NCBI GenBank assembly: GCA_963739815.1
Contig: CAVUBI010000004.1
Span: 45,540-69,539, forward strand
Reading direction: 5' to 3'
DNA length: 24,000 bases
Source: an uncultured Gammaproteobacteria bacterium
GTDB lineage: Bacteria > Pseudomonadota > Gammaproteobacteria > Xanthomonadales > Rhodanobacteraceae
In this document: positions 21,753-24,000 of the stretch, in pieces
Layout: the number at the start of each line of letters is the position of its first letter
How positions within the stretch are numbered: position 1 is the first letter of the stretch
The notes under the pieces: generated by a model
What the model was told of the DNA's origin: nothing
The model's database searches: none
The model's input: only the letters and a program-made list of their open reading frames with translations
Position numbers and translations under genes: made by a program

Positions 21753-21787
21753 GATGCCCGCAACAGATGCGGGCCAATCGGGCATCT
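21753..21787 (-). promoter_or_regulatory. Structured element in the secA 5' leader: three mutually exclusive helices
   Basis: On the + strand, gcccgca (21756-21762) pairs with tgcgggc (21768-21774). gatgccc (21753-21759) pairs with gggcatc (21780-21786). agatgc (21765-21770) pairs with gcatct (21782-21787). All complements are perfect and all share nucleotides, so only one helix can form at a time. The element lies 24-58 nt upstream of secA ATG 21729, just 5' of the GGAAG SD. Function is unknown. Confidence 0.3.
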
Positions 21788-21921
21788 TACTACATGCCAT
21801 CGGGGCGCCGCCGCTCAAGACTGCTGCGGTCGGCAGCCGCGGCCCGACCAGCCAGGACCGGCACCATTGCGAATGGCGCCGGCCGGAACCGGATTCAAGG
21901 GGCGTACGGCGAACACCGGCG

Positions 21922-22852
21922 TTAGCGGTGGTTGCGCACGAAGGCCAGCGGATTGACCACGCGGCCGTCGTACCAGACCTCGAAATGCACATGCGATCCG
22001 GTCGAGCGACCGGTGGAACCGGCCTGGGCCATCACATCGCCAACCTGCACATGCTGGCCCGGGCGCACGTCCAGCGCGCTGTTGTGCGCATAGCGGGTCA
22101 TGTAGCCGTTGCCATGGTCGATCTCGACCACCTTGCCGTAACCGCTGCGCTGTCCGGCAAAGGTCACCATGCCTTCGGCCACGGCATGCACCGACGTGCC
22201 CAACGGAGTAGCGATATCGATGCCGGTGTGCCGCGCCGAGCGGCCATCGAACGGATCGGGGCGCACCCCGAAATAGGACGAGATATAGCCTTGTACCGGC
22301 ATCCCGGTGGGTTTCAGGTTCGATTCGATCCGGGCGTCCAGCAGCAGGCTCTGCAGCGCCGACAGCTGCGCCTGCTGCATGTCGAACTGGCCGGCCAGCT
22401 GGTTGATGCTGCTGTCCAGCGCAGGCGGCAGGGCGTAGGCGCTGCCACCGGCATCCTCGACGCCACCCACCGCCGGCTGCTGGTCGAAGTTGAACTCGCC
22501 TTCGTCGAGCTTGCCGACTTCGGCCAGACGCTCGCCCAGCGCATTCAGGCGGGTCGACTGCGCCTGCAGTTGGCCCAGCTTCATGGCCAGCGCATCCAGG
22601 TCACGCTGGGCGTCCTGACGCACGCCGCCCAGCTGGGCATTCTGCTGCTGGATCTGTTGCTGCAGTTCCTGGATCTGGGCCAGTGCCCGGTCGCGCGGGC
22701 TGGCTACCAGCAGGGCCAAGGCCACCCCGGCACCCATGACAGCCGAGCACCGCCACCGACATCATCGAAAGCAGCTTCCAGCGCAGGCGCCGATCCGCCA
22801 GGTCGAGGGTTTTCGGCAATTTCCTGGCACGTGATACGAGTATGATTTGCAT
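21922..22852 (-). pseudogene. M23/LytM-family metallopeptidase with N-terminal membrane anchor and coiled coil; one frame break as sequenced
   Basis: ATG 22852 gives MQIILVSRARKLPKTLDLADRRLRWKLLSMMSVAVL (ORF 22601..22918). It continues as (A)VMGAGVALALLVASPRDRALAQIQELQQQIQQQNAQL..., then the LytM domain YFGVRPDPFDGRSARHTGIDIATPLGTSVHAVAEGMV...GSTGRSTGSHVHFEVWYDG (ORF 21922..22737). The HxxxD and HxH zinc motifs are present. Junction at about 22748-22757. Confidence 0.85.
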
Positions 22853-22879
22853 GTCTTTCCCAAATCGAATTCCGGCACC

Positions 22880-23360
22880 ATGCACCGCGCCAGTCCGACC
22901 ACTTCCCGCCGCCTGCACAACGGGCCGAAGCCCCTCGTCGACTGCGGCTCCTTCGCGACGCTGGCCCGTAAGGCCGACGCGCTGGAAGCGCTGGACCGCG
23001 CACTGCGCCAGACGTTGCCATCGCCATTGCGCGAGCAGGTGAGATTCGCCAACCTGCGCAACGACCGCCTCGTCTTTCTGGCGTCTTCACCGGCCTGGGC
23101 TTCGCGCCTGCGCTTGATGCAGACACAGATCCTTGCCACCGCACATGCCATCGGCATCTGCGCCAGTTCAGTCACCGTGAAAGTGGCCCCCCAACCACCG
23201 GCTGCAACAGCACCGGACCGGTCGAAACCGCTTTCGCCCGCGGCAGCCAGCCCATCTCCGGGCCGCTGCTGCGTCATTCACAGACCCCGAATGGCGGGTA
23301 CTGTTCCTTGAGCTGGCGTCCCTCGCCGAAACCGCTGATTCCCCTGCTGCCGGACGCTGA
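22880..23360 (+). pseudogene. DUF721 (DciA-like) protein; one frame break near the 3' end as sequenced
   Basis: MHRASPTTSRRLH...LDRALRQTLPSPLREQVRFANLRNDRLVFLASSPAWASRLRLMQTQILATAHAIGICASSVTVKVAP lies in ORF 22847..23311; the start could also be TTG 22847. After about 23247-23254 the plausible C-terminus continues in the next frame as HLRAAAASFTDPEWRVLFLELASLAETADSPAAGR, ending at TGA 23358-23360. The pattern (LP..L......... L.L.. .S.AWA.RLR, then a ...VKV core) and the position between lpxC and M23-secA match my memory of DUF721 genes in Pseudomonas and Xanthomonas. Not searched. Confidence 0.65.
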
Positions 23361-23485
23361 CTGAAGCCCGTCGCTGCCCGTCAACATTCGGTCGTGAGGG
23401 TTTATAGCATGCACTTTGTTAAGAAATAACCCGGCATGTCGTCAGGGCGTGAAGCGCAGCCAGAACAAAGCGTGACGCGCCCCAC

Positions 23486-23517
23486 GAAAAACGGCCATGT
23501 CTCGCGACATGGCCTTT
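23486..23517 (-). terminator. Rho-independent terminator downstream of lpxC
   Basis: Perfect 9-bp stem GGCCATGTC-tcgc-GACATGGCC (23493-23514). On the minus strand it is followed by GTTTTTCG (complement of 23486-23492). It lies 38 nt after the lpxC stop. The + strand has only TTT after the stem, so it would be weaker for the convergent DUF721 gene. Confidence 0.7.
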
Positions 23518-23551
23518 CCTTGTTAAGTCCGAGCGAGGAACCGAGCGGTGT

Positions 23552-24000
23552 TCAGATCGCCTGCGCCGGGTGCGCGTAGGAGATCGGCGAAATGGCCGGA
23601 TCGTCCTGGTAGCTGACTTCTTCCCATGCCGAGGCATCGGCCATCAGCGTGCGCAACAGCTTGTTGTTGAGTTCGTGGCCCGACTTGTGCGCGTGATAGG
23701 CGCCGATCAGGCTGTGGCCGAGCAGGTACAGATCGCCGATCGCGTCGAGGATCTTGTGCTTGACGAACTCGTCCTCGTAACGCAGGCCGTCTTCGTTCAG
23801 CACGCGGTAATCGTCCAGCACCACCGCGTTGTCCATCGAACCGCCCAGCGCCAGGTTGTGTTCGCGCAGCATCTCGATGTCGCGCATGAAGCCGAACGTG
23901 CGGGCGCGGCTCACTTCCTTGACGAAGGAGGTGGTGGAGAAGTCGATCTCGGCGCGCGAGGTGCGCTTGGCTGATGATCGGGTGGTTGAAGTCGATCGAG
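23552..24000 (-). pseudogene. lpxC: UDP-3-O-acyl-N-acetylglucosamine deacetylase LpxC, C-terminal part (5' end beyond right edge); one frame break as sequenced
   Basis: ORF 23552..23914 reads [89 protein letters not shown], which is the canonical LpxC C-terminus. Upstream, the same frame reads [18 protein letters not shown]. The preceding [10 protein letters not shown] is in another frame, with the junction at about 23964-23970. Confidence 0.9.

Overview
This is a visibly GC-rich bacterial chromosome segment, roughly two-thirds G+C by eye (not computed). Gene content and order suggest a gammaproteobacterium, probably Xanthomonadales-like; this is inference only, with no search run.

The left 6.4 kb is an accessory signalling block. 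It holds a partial periplasmic beta-propeller sensor on the minus strand (running off the left edge, so absent from the ORF track), a divergent membrane GTPase with a DUF697-like C-terminus, and a 1061-aa propeller/Y_Y_Y/GGDEF diguanylate cyclase.

The rest is core housekeeping:
- a dienelactone hydrolase
- ubiH plus a paralogous ubiquinone hydroxylase
- a small membrane protein
- a PduO-type cob(I)alamin adenosyltransferase
- an HDAC-family deacetylase
- the classical lptD-surA-pdxA-rsmA-apaG-apaH cluster
- convergent secA, then an M23 peptidase, a divergent DUF721/DciA-like gene and the 3' part of lpxC

I found no rRNA, tRNA, CRISPR array, transposase, integrase, phage gene or recognisable defence gene.

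The most unusual signal concerns sequence integrity rather than a gene system. Right of 6.4 kb, 13 of 16 genes have broken reading frames, with at least 27 junctions. Every junction I could resolve is displaced by a net +1 nt (one apaH junction is net +2 or -1). The roughly 6.1 kb of coding sequence on the left has no break at all. Essential genes (secA, lptD, lpxC) are affected, so the most economical explanation is insertion-biased sequence or consensus error with uneven quality along the contig.

I see no convincing evidence for a new biological system. The remaining observations are modest: alternative helices in the secA leader, no stop codon between the membrane ORF and the adenosyltransferase, and paralogous sensors flanking the GTPase.
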